From a virus (lineage: Duplodnaviria; Caudoviricetes): a stretch of 64,000 nucleotides of DNA. A program made the translations under genes and the position numbers. The notes under the pieces were generated by a model, which worked only from the letters and a program-made list of their open reading frames with translations, was not told where the DNA came from and searched no databases. This document shows positions 43,201-54,100 of the stretch, in pieces. Each line of letters starts with the position of its first letter. Position 1 is the stretch's first letter. The stretch lies in IMG/VR virus record IMGVR_UViG_3300042883_001293. One strand, written 5' to 3'.

Positions 43201-46200
43201 GGAGTTGGATCTTCAACTGGCATAAGCACAAATGGAACTATAATTTCTGGACCATCTATTCCATATAACACTCAAATAATTGGAATAGGAAGAACTTATA
43301 GTTATTTTATTGGTAATGTAGTTTCTTCTGGATCTTCGATAATAACAGGAATTGGTAATACTACGTTATTAAAAGTTGGTTCTGGAATTTACTCTGGAAA
43401 TAATACTTCATTAGGAAATATAGTATCAATTGGAATTAATTCAATAACATCTTCTACTACCATAACTGGTGGAGATGATAGATTGTACTATTCCACTGAT
43501 ATTAATGTATCTCTTACTTTATCTAATGTTGCAACTGCCACAACTATTAGACAAAATTATGTTTCTGGAATAGTAACGGATATTTGTCCAGAAAAAGTTT
43601 ATGCTATTAAATTGAGTAAAGATACTTTCAAATTAACTGGTACTTTGGGTGAGACTGGTGTTGGATTTACTTTCAGAAATATTGGATCTGGAAATATTCA
43701 TAAATTAGAAATGAAGAAAAAATTAGAAAAGTGCTTAATAACTGTAGATGGTGTAAACCAGTATCCATTAATTTATACTCCGTTAGAATTTTCAATTGTA
43801 AATAATGGAGGATCTATAGGATCTGGTGTTAGTTTTATTTCACTATCAGGAATTTCTTCAATATCACCTAGGGATCTATTCAAGTTAGAAGATGAATTTT
43901 TGTACATAGTTAATGTTGGATTGGCAACAGAAAATAATGGTCTTGGTCCAATAACTGGAATAGGAACAGTTCCAGTTATTGAAGTTAGACGTGGATGGGT
44001 TGGTACAGCAGCCACAAGTCATTCTGACGGTATATCAGGAAGAATTTACAAGGGATCTTACAATATTTCTGGTAATAAAATATGGTTTACAGAAGCTCCT
44101 GACGGAAAGGGGAATAATGATAGATTAGACGCAAGTTCTCTATTTTTACCCAAATCTACATTTAATGGAAGAGTATATTTAAGACAAGATTATACAACTA
44201 ATAAAATTTATGATGATATATCTACAGAATTTAATGGTATTGGAAGAACATTTACTATGAAAAAAGATGGGCAAACAACTTCAGGTATAGAACCTGGAAG
44301 TGGTTTAGTTTTCATCAATGATGTTTTCCAAACTCCAGATACTGAGAATAATGCAGGCAATAATTATACTTTTATAGAAACGACGGGAATAACAAGTATT
44401 ACCTTTAGTTCAATTAGAAATTCAACTCCTCCTTATGATATTTTAGTTTCCGATTATGATGTAAATCAAAATCAACTTCCAAGAGGTGGAATTATTGTTT
44501 CTCTTGGATCAACTGGAGGACTAGGATATGCTCCTCTTGTTGGTGCTTATGTTACTGCTATATTGAATTCTGGATCAATTGTTTCTATTGGAATAGGAAC
44601 TTCTGGATCCTTTGGATCTGGATATAGAGGAAACGTATCCATAGGAGTTACAGATTCAACAGGAAATGGAGCAAATGTAACAGCTTCCGTTGGTGCAGGA
44701 GGAACTTTAATCTTTAATGTTGTTTCCGGTGGAAATGGATATTCAAGTCCTCAATTTATTGTTGATGATCCTTCTTATGTGGATTTACCTGTTATTGGAG
44801 TATCTAGAGTATCAACTGGAAATACAACTAGTACTGGAATAGGATTATCAATGACAATTGATATTGGTCCTAGTAATACTGTAGGAATAGGAACTAGTTA
44901 TTTTGAGGTTAAGTCCTTTAAAGTTTCAAAACCAGGATATTCCTTTAGACTTGGAGATGTTTTTGAAGTTGTTGGATTAGTAACAGATTCTAGATTGAAT
45001 TCTCCAATAGAACCTCTAAGATTTACTGTAACAGATGTGTTTACTGATTCTTTTGCTTCTTGGAAAATGGGTGAATTTGATTATATTGACAACATTAAAA
45101 ATTTACAAGATGGATCTAGAACTAGATTCCCACTTTTTAGAAATAATCAACTATTAAGTTTTGAAAAAAATAGATTAGATATTGAGTCATCTCAAATAGA
45201 TTTTGATACTGTATTATTAATTTTTATAAATGGAGTAATGCAAGAACCAAAAGTATCCTATACTTTTGATGGGGGAACAACCTTTAGATTTAAAGAACCA
45301 CCAAAAGAAGAAGATAATGTAGCTATTTTCTTCTACAGAGGAACTAGAGGAGTAGATAGTGATGTTATTAATGTAAATGAAACTATAAAAGTAGGTGATA
45401 CTCTTAAAATAAACAAAAATAATGATATTCTAGGTACAATACCACAAGAAGAACGTATTGTATCATTAATACAATCAGCTGATGTGGTTGAAACCGGGAT
45501 TTATCTTGGTGACGGTATCGATGAAAACAATTTTAAACCAGTTGATTGGTCAAAACAAAAAAGAGATTTAATCATAAGTGAAAATTTTGAATATAAATCT
45601 AGAGATTCCTTGGAAACAATGGTATTTCCAAGTGCAAAAGTAATAAAAGATTTAATCACAACAGATATTAGTATTTTTGTTGATGACGCAACATTATTTA
45701 ATTATGAAGAAAATGAATCTACGGTAGAAATACAAAAGTTTTCTGCTATAGTTTTACCTCATTCTAATTTTTCAGAAGGTAAAGTTACTGCTACTGTTAA
45801 CAGCAACACAATGATTAATTCTCTGTCAATTGAAGACGCTGGAAGTGGGTATACTGGTAATACAGTTACACTAAAATTCGCTAATCCAAAAAGAATTGGA
45901 GTTGGAATAGGAACTACAGCAACTGCTACAGTAACAGTGTCAGCAGCTGGAACTTTAACAACTCCAATAACTATAATAAATCCTGGATTTGGATATACTT
46001 TTGCACCTTCAATTATTATACCTTCACCCCCAACAATTAGTGAAGTAATTGAAAATGTTCAATTTGTTGAGGGATTTGCGGGAATTATAACTGGAATTAC
46101 AACTAGTGTTGGTACAAACGGAAATCCATTAGCTATTAATTTTCAAGTAAAATTTGATCCTGATAGTGTTACTAGTAGTTTATTAGTTGGATATCCAATA

Positions 46201-46587
46201 ATTGTTTTTGATACTACAGTTGGAAATGGAATTACTTCCATAGACAATAATAATTCAAGTGTGGTTGGAATTGGAACAACTTTTGTAGATAATATCTACT
46301 ACGTTCATAATATTTCAGTAAACAATTTGGAGGGGGTAATTACAAGTAATATTTTATCAACTACAAATCATGTTGGAATAAGTACATTTAGTACAAATAA
46401 TGTTGGTAGATTTTCTTGGGGAAGACTAAGTGGATTTACTAGATCTTCTACAGATCCAATTTCAATTGGTATTACTGGATATACTATCAATTCCGGACTA
46501 ACAACTTTTCCAACAATACAAAGAAGAAAGTATGGATTGAGAGACAATGGATCTTTAATAAAAGAATTTCCTAAAGATACTATATGA
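34204..46587 (+). CDS. gp7: very large baseplate wedge/structural protein (cyanophage gp7 type, 4127 aa)
   Basis: position between gp6 and gp8; FYQSKGT, IIGWAYDGNPIYGP, HPVGMKNF; Gly/Ser/Thr-rich beta repeats. Confidence 0.8.
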   Translation: MITTGFDTRVKIQQIVENQLPEFALTESPKLSEFLKQYYVSQEYQGGPVDIIENLDQYINLNNLTPDVLSGITSVRTNISSTDKTIFVNTTKGFPKEYGLLKIDDEIITYTGITTNSFTGCVRGFSAISSYKDSLNPNELVFSSTNSESHKVNTKIENLSALFLKEFYKKIKTLLAPGFENLDFVPDLNVNNFIKQIKTFYQSKGTDESFRILFNVLYGVNPKVINLEDFLIKPSSSEFIRREILVTERISGDPNKLVGQTINRYDDSASGPVSEVELITRNNKVYYKIQLFAGYNDKTAIEGQFNITGKTKVIDSVSIGSSSITVDSTIGFPESGVLYCGDNVITYSDKSINQFFGCSGITETIGSADEIRSNDTIYGYENGDLNKKVELRVTGVLSDLEGKEDAFLFSKGDTIQIKSIGEKIKNPTGSKTYKEEVFNSWIYNTSSRYEIESFSNNTIDLFEIPDKSSLKIGDIVDILDRNSEGIILSSATVLSINLKRVILNLSITGINLTRELSLRRKLRYAFSSGVPLKYSNITSNIQNTYIEENNYIGVAANSLPDYSIGINYLRSSINITPSSNLTNIFQGYDEGDLTYSIISFSENVSFIDGDAVVYSGSKNPLNNLTFGRTYYVQVLVDGTSKNKIRLYNSRSFIGTNNYIKFELIEDYSGTHTFTLEYQYGKVIEPKKHFIKLPLQQNIESGTNISTPVGSTGILINGVDIVNYKSNDKIYFGPLQELKIYNSGTDYDVINPPKISISSPGVGIGSTAYADAVISGSIKEVIVDPNEVDLVRVVSINVLGGNGTGSVLEPVLEKTFREIEFNGQVSTLGGGISIDNDTITFLKSHNLKTGTPIVYSNNGNNSIGIGSFGGSNTNQNLYLLNGETYYPEIINTRAIKLYQTISDLNTGINTVGFTTINTGGTHKFRLLEGKTVLKEVKVINEGIGYENRSLKVNYSGISTINHTITFFNHNFKDGDLVEYQSTETPISGLSTEKQYYILKVDNNSFRVSDAGYVGVGAAKTDYLRKKYVKFESIGSGYQIFSYPKIKLSLNVEYAGFIGTITATPVVRGKLTDCYLYDSGSQYGSKILNFHKKPKVSVVNGTNAQIKPIVSKGKIIGVELQNGGKGYYSVPDLVIKGNGIGAKLRAVISNGSIVKVIIINQGINYDKKNTSIVVISAGRNAIIDSFVKPLSVNNFSRFSNEMLQEFNNNLSYGIVGYSSITQGNSFIDPDPDTNHSRIIGWAYDGNPIYGPFGFSDPNDNNSQIKRLETGYILDVNSVNSRPSVNEFEGGFFVEDYRFNNGGDLDIHNGRFAKTPEFPQGIYAYYVGLTTDFTTNTLVPKFPYFIGNSYRSSLENTSILDQSFDFNSTKLVRNTFPYRLNESNSGNDFIDEANDTTNQISIVNSTTTGKIEEIEIKNSGENYKVNENITFDTSRSGGGGSSAIVKSIKGKEIYDLQTTYQKYENVVFSWLDENNVLVTVKPYHNLINGDNVEVSGLSTYIKNLNGFKIVGVSSIVTSLASSISQNATSGIITDIKLSSPIPQLSIGSTIGVGTETFSVLNIFNPENVLRVRRGVSAGHSEGSMVTHYSNTFEVTTKTPYFNSKVNDIVYFNPNISVGLGTEIGKNTTVTFPIGNSNKIISVPNQNIYVPNHPFKDNQRVLLSIPSSSTALVVKNTPSSSTFSLPLSGSSQYVYIINKSKDFIGIVTQVGLTSSTNGLYFTNNGSDNYQYKLESDFSQITGTIKKVETKVSLSTYHSLSYGDNIQLTVKPNTSVGIGTSLSVKLKYNQVYDKLLVNPIGFTSTVVNINTNSFEISQHNLKTGDKILYTSQDLVCSGLSSGGYFVLRNNDNSISLCDTYVDSISNPPNIVSIASTGGSKQEIALINPQITFFRNNNLIFDTTDSSLLNCDLKVFYDKTLSNQFISIGKTETFLIEKTGIIGIGTILSESNIKLSYNDEIPTKLYYSIEKNGTLISQDNEVNNYSEILYDNSFYNGSYNVYGIGSTTFNITLKNIPEKLSYLKSECFDLSYTTNSNSDVGPIDKISIISGGFGYRSLPAFTGISTLSSGKNAIIKSKSTSIGKINDLRIINEGFEYSSDKTLRPKAEVPKVLQLNNTDKITSVSVLDGGRNFLSAPILEIVNNYTRKKVNSGLLKPVVKSSSVVSVEVIEEPLGLQSVDHTIFTINNSNGVQVSRILSYTNGIVECELLTPAIDGFLTPPFESGDNIFVEGLRKQTFTNEIGISSSPGNGFNSQDHGYNFFKVIEFINSNPAVLKYSISDFTNNAGVPVEIQNTFNSIVNQKNYPIFKITTVLGEFYENEKLLVNGNETDLIVKSKNYDIIKVTGDYPISAEDTIYGQFSGNAATVSSINLFERYFNVDYSNKRNFDWKNDIGKLNNETQVIQNSDYYQSLSYTIKSPISYEESKDPVSRIVHPVGMKNFADMDIFSNSNVSIAATQNLLQVLDFISEERVDTIRNFDLVVDYEPSENYSNYIKFRSKKLADYIECRSNRVLQIDDISGRFSSQEFNRDDFVEAFEYPITDFYSKFLVQVHDEDKTSYQISEIVILNNFDNTFTLNKSDLYTLEKLGDFTGDFGDPGDPVLRFTPADPYTTNYNIKIFRESFSPNPFNIGVGFTEIGFVRLSSKTERLTPLTGIKTDVFRALSSSYNTIYSNIFVMNEDTYDMNYFEVVGFYDGENSYISEFYFDTYPSIGGLSQGFIGTFGLSVESGIIKLGFTKNNSVSNALIKAKVVGFGSTSAGIGTYTFLVDDQLEGSEKTSRLESKYYNGSGITTFISYNSEIESSVKSLVKIGIGTTVTSLQQVLVVSDLNRVNIQQYPFVSVGSTSGIGTFGAVLDGSIVKVSFYPDLKYATSQYTIQTFNNFMYYEIDEFNIPEDLTYGTAKESFNISFYGSLNEFGKDRLDFDLNYERIPIFEKTFNPKNSNVLNLETGVFTINNHFFQTGEELIYTPTSTLTGVPAQSVGIGSTLVSGVSVIGDMIVGFATITGVGSSTGISTNGTIISGPSIPYNTQIIGIGRTYSYFIGNVVSSGSSIITGIGNTTLLKVGSGIYSGNNTSLGNIVSIGINSITSSTTITGGDDRLYYSTDINVSLTLSNVATATTIRQNYVSGIVTDICPEKVYAIKLSKDTFKLTGTLGETGVGFTFRNIGSGNIHKLEMKKKLEKCLITVDGVNQYPLIYTPLEFSIVNNGGSIGSGVSFISLSGISSISPRDLFKLEDEFLYIVNVGLATENNGLGPITGIGTVPVIEVRRGWVGTAATSHSDGISGRIYKGSYNISGNKIWFTEAPDGKGNNDRLDASSLFLPKSTFNGRVYLRQDYTTNKIYDDISTEFNGIGRTFTMKKDGQTTSGIEPGSGLVFINDVFQTPDTENNAGNNYTFIETTGITSITFSSIRNSTPPYDILVSDYDVNQNQLPRGGIIVSLGSTGGLGYAPLVGAYVTAILNSGSIVSIGIGTSGSFGSGYRGNVSIGVTDSTGNGANVTASVGAGGTLIFNVVSGGNGYSSPQFIVDDPSYVDLPVIGVSRVSTGNTTSTGIGLSMTIDIGPSNTVGIGTSYFEVKSFKVSKPGYSFRLGDVFEVVGLVTDSRLNSPIEPLRFTVTDVFTDSFASWKMGEFDYIDNIKNLQDGSRTRFPLFRNNQLLSFEKNRLDIESSQIDFDTVLLIFINGVMQEPKVSYTFDGGTTFRFKEPPKEEDNVAIFFYRGTRGVDSDVINVNETIKVGDTLKINKNNDILGTIPQEERIVSLIQSADVVETGIYLGDGIDENNFKPVDWSKQKRDLIISENFEYKSRDSLETMVFPSAKVIKDLITTDISIFVDDATLFNYEENESTVEIQKFSAIVLPHSNFSEGKVTATVNSNTMINSLSIEDAGSGYTGNTVTLKFANPKRIGVGIGTTATATVTVSAAGTLTTPITIINPGFGYTFAPSIIIPSPPTISEVIENVQFVEGFAGIITGITTSVGTNGNPLAINFQVKFDPDSVTSSLLVGYPIIVFDTTVGNGITSIDNNNSSVVGIGTTFVDNIYYVHNISVNNLEGVITSNILSTTNHVGISTFSTNNVGRFSWGRLSGFTRSSTDPISIGITGYTINSGLTTFPTIQRRKYGLRDNGSLIKEFPKDTI

Positions 46588-46594
46588 TATTGAG

Positions 46595-46602
46595 TATAAA
46601 TA
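46595..46602 (+). promoter_or_regulatory. late promoter
   Basis: TATAAATA upstream of gp8. Confidence 0.8.
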
Positions 46603-46625
46603 TAGAAAAAAGCTAACAATATAAA

Positions 46626-48182
46626 ATGTCGGCAATTGTAACAGACCAATTTAGAATTTTAAATGCTAGTAATTTTGTAGAATCTGTACAAAATCCTAAT
46701 AACTCTTATTATGTATTTTTAAGTTTACCTAACCCAACAGCTGTAGGATTTGGTAGATCTGATGAATGGAACGATAATGTACCTAATCCTACTGATAATC
46801 AAGATTATTTAAGTCACACAAAAGATACTATTATATTTGGTAAAAAAGTATCGCCAAATGATATTAGAAGATTGATAAGAAGAGTTGATTGGAAACAAGG
46901 TACAATTTATGAAATGTATAGACATGACTACAGTATCACAAATACTTCACCTCAAACTAATTCTACAAGATTATATGATTCAAATTATTATGTAATTAAT
47001 AGTGATTATAGGGTTTATCTTTGCATTAGTAATGGTTCTAGCGCAGCAAATACTTTGGGGAATTTTTCTCAAGATGAACCCACTTTTATTGATTTGGAAC
47101 CTTCTAGAGCAGGAGAAAGTGGAGATGGTTATGTGTGGAAATATCTTTTTACAGTTTCTCCTAGTGATATAATAAAATTTGATTCTATTGAATATATTCC
47201 GGTTCCAAATGATTGGTTAACAACTAATGATTCTCAAATACAAGCAATAAGAGAAAATGGCAATTCTGATGTAAATGAAAATCAAATAAAAACAGTTTAT
47301 ATTGCAAATCAAGGGTCTGGATATAATACTACTGACGCGGAATTGGATATTATTGGTGATGGAAGTGGTGCAAAAGTTATTGTTGACGTTGTTGGTGGAA
47401 AGATAACAAATACAACAGTATCATCTGGTGGAAAAGGTTATTCTTATGGTAGAGTCGATTTGTCCTCTATTAATTCGGGTGCAACTTCTTTTGCAAAATT
47501 AATTCCCATTATTCCTCCAGAAAAAGGACATGGTAGTGATATATACACTGAATTGGGCACTGATAGAGTTTTAGTTTATGCTCGTTTTGATGATTCAACT
47601 AAAGATTTTCCAATAGATACAAAATTCTCTCAAATTGGAATAATTAAAAATCCTTGTCGTGTTGGATCTTCTTCATCAATATTTTTAGAAAATCAATTTT
47701 CTGGATTGTATTCTCTCAAAATGTCAACCGTGTCTAATCCAGAAGACGCGATACCTGGTAATAAAATATATCAAACTATAAGTGGTGTTGGAACTGCTGT
47801 TGGATATATAGCTTCATATGATACAGAAACAAAAGTTTTAAAGTATTTTACTGATAGATCTCTTTTTTATAATGCTACTTCGTATGATCAAAAAGATTCT
47901 AGAATAGTCTCTATTGAGGCAACTAAGATAAACTTTTCATCTTCTGCCGGAACTATAGTATCCGATAATAATTTTAGTGGATCTATTGATTCTTCTTTTA
48001 CCGGAATTACAACTACAGTATCGTTAACTAGAAGAGTAAATTTAGCAACTAATTTTACAAATGGAATATCTTTTCCGGAGATAAATAAATCAACAGGACA
48101 AATTATCTATATTGATAATAGGCCCGTAGTCTCTAGGAACCCAAGACAAAAAGAAGATATTAAAATCATCCTGGAATTCTAA
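46626..48182 (+). CDS. gp8: baseplate wedge subunit gp8
   Basis: RRVDWKQGTIY, YRVYLC..N, DGYVWKYLF, R..RQKEDIKIILEF. Confidence 0.9.
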   Translation: MSAIVTDQFRILNASNFVESVQNPNNSYYVFLSLPNPTAVGFGRSDEWNDNVPNPTDNQDYLSHTKDTIIFGKKVSPNDIRRLIRRVDWKQGTIYEMYRHDYSITNTSPQTNSTRLYDSNYYVINSDYRVYLCISNGSSAANTLGNFSQDEPTFIDLEPSRAGESGDGYVWKYLFTVSPSDIIKFDSIEYIPVPNDWLTTNDSQIQAIRENGNSDVNENQIKTVYIANQGSGYNTTDAELDIIGDGSGAKVIVDVVGGKITNTTVSSGGKGYSYGRVDLSSINSGATSFAKLIPIIPPEKGHGSDIYTELGTDRVLVYARFDDSTKDFPIDTKFSQIGIIKNPCRVGSSSSIFLENQFSGLYSLKMSTVSNPEDAIPGNKIYQTISGVGTAVGYIASYDTETKVLKYFTDRSLFYNATSYDQKDSRIVSIEATKINFSSSAGTIVSDNNFSGSIDSSFTGITTTVSLTRRVNLATNFTNGISFPEINKSTGQIIYIDNRPVVSRNPRQKEDIKIILEF

Positions 48183-48184
48183 AA

Positions 48185-51100
48185 ATGACCCAAAAAACAA
48201 ACTTAAACGTTTCACCATATTATGACGATTTTGATGAAAATAAAAATTATTATCGAGTTCTTTTTAAACCAGGATTTCCAATTCAGTCAAGAGAACTGAC
48301 CACATTACAGTCTTTACTTCAAGACCAGATTTCTTCTTTTGCAGACCATATTTTTAAAGATGGGTCAGTTGTTATACCAGGAAATATTTCTTATGACTCA
48401 GAATATTATGCTGTTAAGCTTAATTCTAAACATTTAGGATTAGACTTGGGATTATATATTAATGAACTAGTAGGAAAAAAAATATCTGGTCAAAGTTCTG
48501 GTATAACTGCAATTGTTAAAAATATTTTATTAAGTACAGAATCAGAGCAAGGATATTACACATTATATGTTAAATATTTAACTTCAAATTCTTCATTTGA
48601 GATTGGATCATTTTTAGACGGTGAAACTTTAATAACTCAGGAAACATTTAATTATGGAAATACAAGCATTGTTTCTGGTCAAACAATAGCAAGTTTAATT
48701 AGTTCCAATGCAACCTCTACTGGATCTGCAGTTTCAATTTCAAAGGGTGTTTATTATATAAGAGGAACTTTTGTAAATATAAATGATCATACATTAATTT
48801 TAGATCAATATACTAATGTACCTTCATATAGGATTGGATTAGAAGTAATTGAAGAAATAGTAGATTCTCAATCTGATAATAGTTTGTATGATAACGCAAG
48901 AGGATTTGCTAACTTTTCAGCCCCAGGATCAGATAGACTAAAAATATCTGCTATTTTAAATAAAAAATCTTTAACTGATTATGAAGATAGAGACTTTGTT
49001 GAAATTTTAAGAGTTAGTAATGGCGAAGTTAAAAAAATACAAGATACCAACACATATTCTTTAGTAAAGGAATACATATCCAAAAGAACTTATGAAGAAT
49101 CTGGAGATTATTCTTTAATTCCTTTTGATATTGAAATTAATGACTCTCTAAATGACAGAGTTTCTTCAAGTGGATTATTTTTTAGTAATCAGAAAACTGA
49201 GCAAGGAAATACTCCAGATGATAATTTACTGTGCGTTAAAGTTTCCCCAGGGAAAGCTTATGTAAAAGGATTTGATATTGATAAATCAGGGACTTCTATT
49301 ATTGACGTTGAAAAACCAAGAGATACTGAATTTGTAAGATCTTTTGGAATTCCTTTTGAAATGGGAAATTTACTTAAAGTGAATAATGTATCTGGATCGC
49401 CATTAGTAGGATTAGATAATAATTATTATGTCAATTTACAAAATCAAAGAAAATCATCGACTACTGTTGGTTCTGGCACAACAATAGGAAACGCTAGAAT
49501 TTATTCCTTTTCACTTTCAGATTCTCCATATTCAAATGAATCTACAGAATGGAATTTATATTTATTTGATATACAAACTTATTCAGTACTAACTCTTAAT
49601 CAAACTGTAAGTTCAACAGATTCTCCAGAAACTTCATATATTAAGGGTCTAAGTAGTGGTGCTTCTGGATATGTTGTAGGTTCTCCTAACGGATTTGAAT
49701 TAACAATTAGTCAGACATCTGGATCATTTTCAGTTGGAGAACAAATATCAATTAATGGAAGTATTTTACCTTCAAGAACTGTTTCTAAGGTTGTAGCATA
49801 TTCGGCGCAAGATATTAAATCAGTATATCAAAATAAAAATATCACCGGTCTAAGTACATCATTTGTAGCAGACACTGTATTACAAAGAAAAATTGGTTCT
49901 AATTTCAATATAACCGATCAAATTCAAATATCTGCTTCTGGAATAGGATCATGTGCAGGTAGAAATTTTGTTGGAGTAAAGAGTGACACTATACTAAGAT
50001 ATCAAAGAGTTGGATTTTTAACAGAGACTTATAATAGAGTTGTATCAGTTTCTTCTGACGGTTTATATTTAACTCTTGCTGGTGTAAGCACGGTAAATAA
50101 AGTTTGTGACGGAGGTTTGCCAACTTCAATAACTAATGCACCTTTTTCATTTGGTGATCCAACTATTTTAGAACCAGAAAAATCTTCATTGTATGCACCT
50201 TTAGGTAATAAAAATATTTCTGATGTTAATTTATCTAATGCAAATATAAAACTTACTAAACAAATAACAGGAAAATCTACAACTAGTTTAGGATTTTTAA
50301 ATTTAAATATTTCAGATGTTGGTCTTAGTAGTGCATTTTACGAATCATACGATTCAGAAAGATACTCAATTTTTTATGAAGACGGATCTGTAGAAAAATT
50401 AAATAGTAGTAATATAACCTTAGACGGTGGTTCGACATTATTAGCAATTTCTGGATTAAAACCAAGTCAAAATAATTTAATAATTAATACTACGGTTCAA
50501 AAAAATTCTATTAGTAGCAAACAAAAAATATATATTAGAAGTGAAAAAATAGAAGTAGATAAAATATCAACAGGAATTTCTACTTCAATTTCCGGGTTAA
50601 GTACTAGTAAATATTATGGGTTAAGAGTTGATGATAAAGAAATATCTTTAAATATACCAGATGTAGTTAAAGTAATTGCTGTTTATGAATCCTTAAATAG
50701 TTCATCTCCAATATTAGATAAATTATCTTTTAGTAGTGGATTAAATTTAGACAGTGCTTCTATTCTTGGAGAAAAAATTATTGGATCTACAAGTGGTGCA
50801 GTTGGGCAAATTGTTACTAGATATTCTTCAACCGAAGTTGAATTTGTTTATTTAAATACTAACAAATTTATTATTGGGGAGACAGTTAACTTCCAAGAAT
50901 CAAATATTTCTGGATCTATACAGTTTGTTAGTATCGGAAATTATTTAGATAGAACTCAAGATTATACTATTGATAAGGGGCAGAGAAATCAATATTATGA
51001 TTATTCCAGAATAATTAGAAAAAATGATTTTAATATTCCATCTAGAAAATTATTAATAATTTATGATTACTATGATGTTCCAACAAATGATTCTGGTGAT

Positions 51101-54100
51101 GTTTATACTGTACAGAGTTATGGTAAAGAAAGATATACAAAAGATATTCCTATTTTAAATGGTAATACTAGATTAACTGATGTAATTGATTTTAGACCAA
51201 GAGTTTCTAGATTTTTAAGCTCTTCTTCTTCCCCATTTGCTTTTTCTTCTAGAAATTTTTCCATTTCCGGATTAAATCCTTCAATAGTTATTTCTCCAAA
51301 TGAAAGTTCAAATATTGGATATTATTATTACTTACCAAGAATAGATAAACTTGTATTAAATAAAAATGGCAATTTTTCTTTAATAAGAGGAGTTTCTTCT
51401 TCAAAACCAAAAGAACCTTCTTCTATTGATGAAGCAATGGACGTGGCAGTAATTGACCTTCCAGCATATTTATTTAATCCTTCTGACGCTAGAGTTAAGT
51501 TAGTTGACAATAAGCGTTATACTATGAGAGATATCGGAAAATTAGAACAAAGAATAGAAAATTTAGAAACTTTATCTGCTTTGTCTCTATTGGAAGTAGA
51601 TACAAAATCTTTAGAAATAAAAGATTCTGATGGATTTTCTAGATTTAAATGTGGATTTTTTGCAGATGGTTTTAAAAATACAAGTTTTATAGACGATTCA
51701 AATTCTAAATTTTCAATTAACTTAGAATCTCAAGAATTGGAATCAAATATTGGTTTATATTCTTTAAAATCTGAAATTTCTCCTTCTTCAACAGTAAATA
51801 TAGAAACAGCAGATTTTTCTACAAATTTACCTTTATCAGATATTAATGTTAAAAAAACAGGTGATTTAATTACTCTGAATTATTCAGAAGTTGAATGGAC
51901 AAACGTTTCTCAAAATCTCGCAACAAAAGACGAGTTTGTGAATCCATTTTCTGTTGTTAATTATAATGGTTACTTGAAATTATATCCTTCCTCAGATACT
52001 TGGGTTAGAACTGTTTTAACTGAAAGTGGAGTTGTTTCTAGAACAGAAGGAGATTGGAAAAATAGTTATATTTCAAATCTTACTACAGCAGAATCTCATT
52101 CAAATTACATGAGATCTAGAAATGTAGAATTCTTTGCAAGTGGTTTACAACCTTCTACACAATATTATGGATTTTTTGATGGAAATGGAAACATAGATAT
52201 AATTCCTAAATTATTACAGATTTCTATGTCTTCTGGTGTTTTCCAAACAGGTGAAGATGTTAATGGTTATATTGGAAACGAGTTAGTTTGTTCACTTAGA
52301 CTTGCTTCACAAACCCATAAATTTGGAGCATATAACTCTGCTTCAGAGTCTTATTTGGAAAATCCATATAGTCCCTCTGCAAGTTTTACAAGTTATTCTT
52401 TCTCTTCTACAATTTTAAATATTGATACTAAATCTCTTGCTGATGATTCTGCAGGTAGATATTTTGGATATACACCCAGTGGAATGGTATTAGTTGGAAA
52501 AACAAGTGGAGCACAAGCAACAGTAATTACACAATCTTTAATTTCAGATAGTGTTGGTGATCTAATAGGTTGTTTTTATATTAGAAATCCATTAAGTAAT
52601 CCCACTCCTCCATTACTTTTCACAAAAGGATCTAAAACATTTAAATTATCTTCAAGCTCAACAAATTCCAGTTCTTTATCAGTCAGTTATACTGAAACTA
52701 CATTCTATGCATCTGGAATTTCCAATCAATCTACTTATTCAGAAAGTGTTGTAGTTAGAAAGTCACCTCCTTCTTTACCATTAAATGCTCTAAGAAGAGA
52801 TCCTCTTTCTCAAACATTTAGAACTGATAATGAAGGTGGATTTTTAACAAGTGTTGATCTTTTCTTCTCAGATAAAGACTCTACTGAAAAAATATTCATT
52901 GAAGTTAGAGAATGTGATATTGGAGGAACTCCAAAAGATAAAATAATTCAGGATTTTGCTAGAACTGAAGTTTTACCATCACAGGTAGCAATTTCTGCAG
53001 ATGGTTCAGTTCCAACTAATGTAAAGTTTAAATCTCCATTATATCTTCAACCAAATAAACAGTATTCTTTATCAATTCTTTGTCCAACTTCTTCAAAATA
53101 TAAACTTTGGACTGCAGAAACGAATAAACCAACTGTAGACACAGCACTATTACCTTTTGCTCTGCAAAAGATATATTCAAATAATTATACTGGAGGAAAT
53201 CTCTACAAACCACAGAATGGATCCATATGGTTGTCAAGTTTGTCTGAAGATTTGACTTTTAAATTATATAAAGCACAATTTGTATCCAATTCTGGAACAG
53301 TATATTTCCATAATCCTACTTTGTCTATCGGGACTACTTATGGTAGATATGATTCAAATATTCAAAAGTTAGTAAAAAATCCCATAAGATCTTTACCAAG
53401 AAAACTTATAGTAGGAATTATAACTTCTTCTAATGTTACTAATGTAATTTCTGTTGGAACAAAAATTATTGAAGGATCATCTTATGGATATATTGAAAAA
53501 ATTGGCGGAAATATAGGTGTTGTTACGACAACAAATACTGGTATTGGTTATTCAAATGGATCTTTTTCGTCTGTTCCATTATATTCAATAACAGGATCAG
53601 GAAATGGAGCCACTGCAAATGTAACTTTTGTAGATTCAAAATTAAACTCAATATCTATTGCAAATACTGGTTCTGGATATGTTACTGGAGATCTTCTTGG
53701 AATTACCACAAGTTCAGTTAACAAAGGATCTGGTGCAACAGTAACAATATCTTCTAGTATAAATGCTGATACTTTGTATTTGACTAATGTTCAAGGAGAA
53801 CAATTTACTCAAGGTAATAGTATTTCTTACTATAACGGTTCTACAAACGTTTCTTTATCGGGAACTACAGTTAGCAAACAAACATACGTTCCTAACAATT
53901 TGTATACAGGAAATGTATTTGAAGTCACACATTATGATCACGGTATGCATTCTGACAACAATATTGTTGTCATTAATGGAGTATTTCCAGACACTATTCC
54001 CATATTATTAACTTCCAGTTTATCATCAAGTAGTGTAGCAATATCTGTTGCAAATACCGCAAACTTTGTTAACTTTGAGGGCACTAATGTTAGTGTATCC

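Noticed and set aside
34204-46587. Intein, intron or novel system within the 4127-aa gene
   Set aside because: Continuous frame, no intein motifs recognised; large gp7-type proteins are normal for cyanomyoviruses
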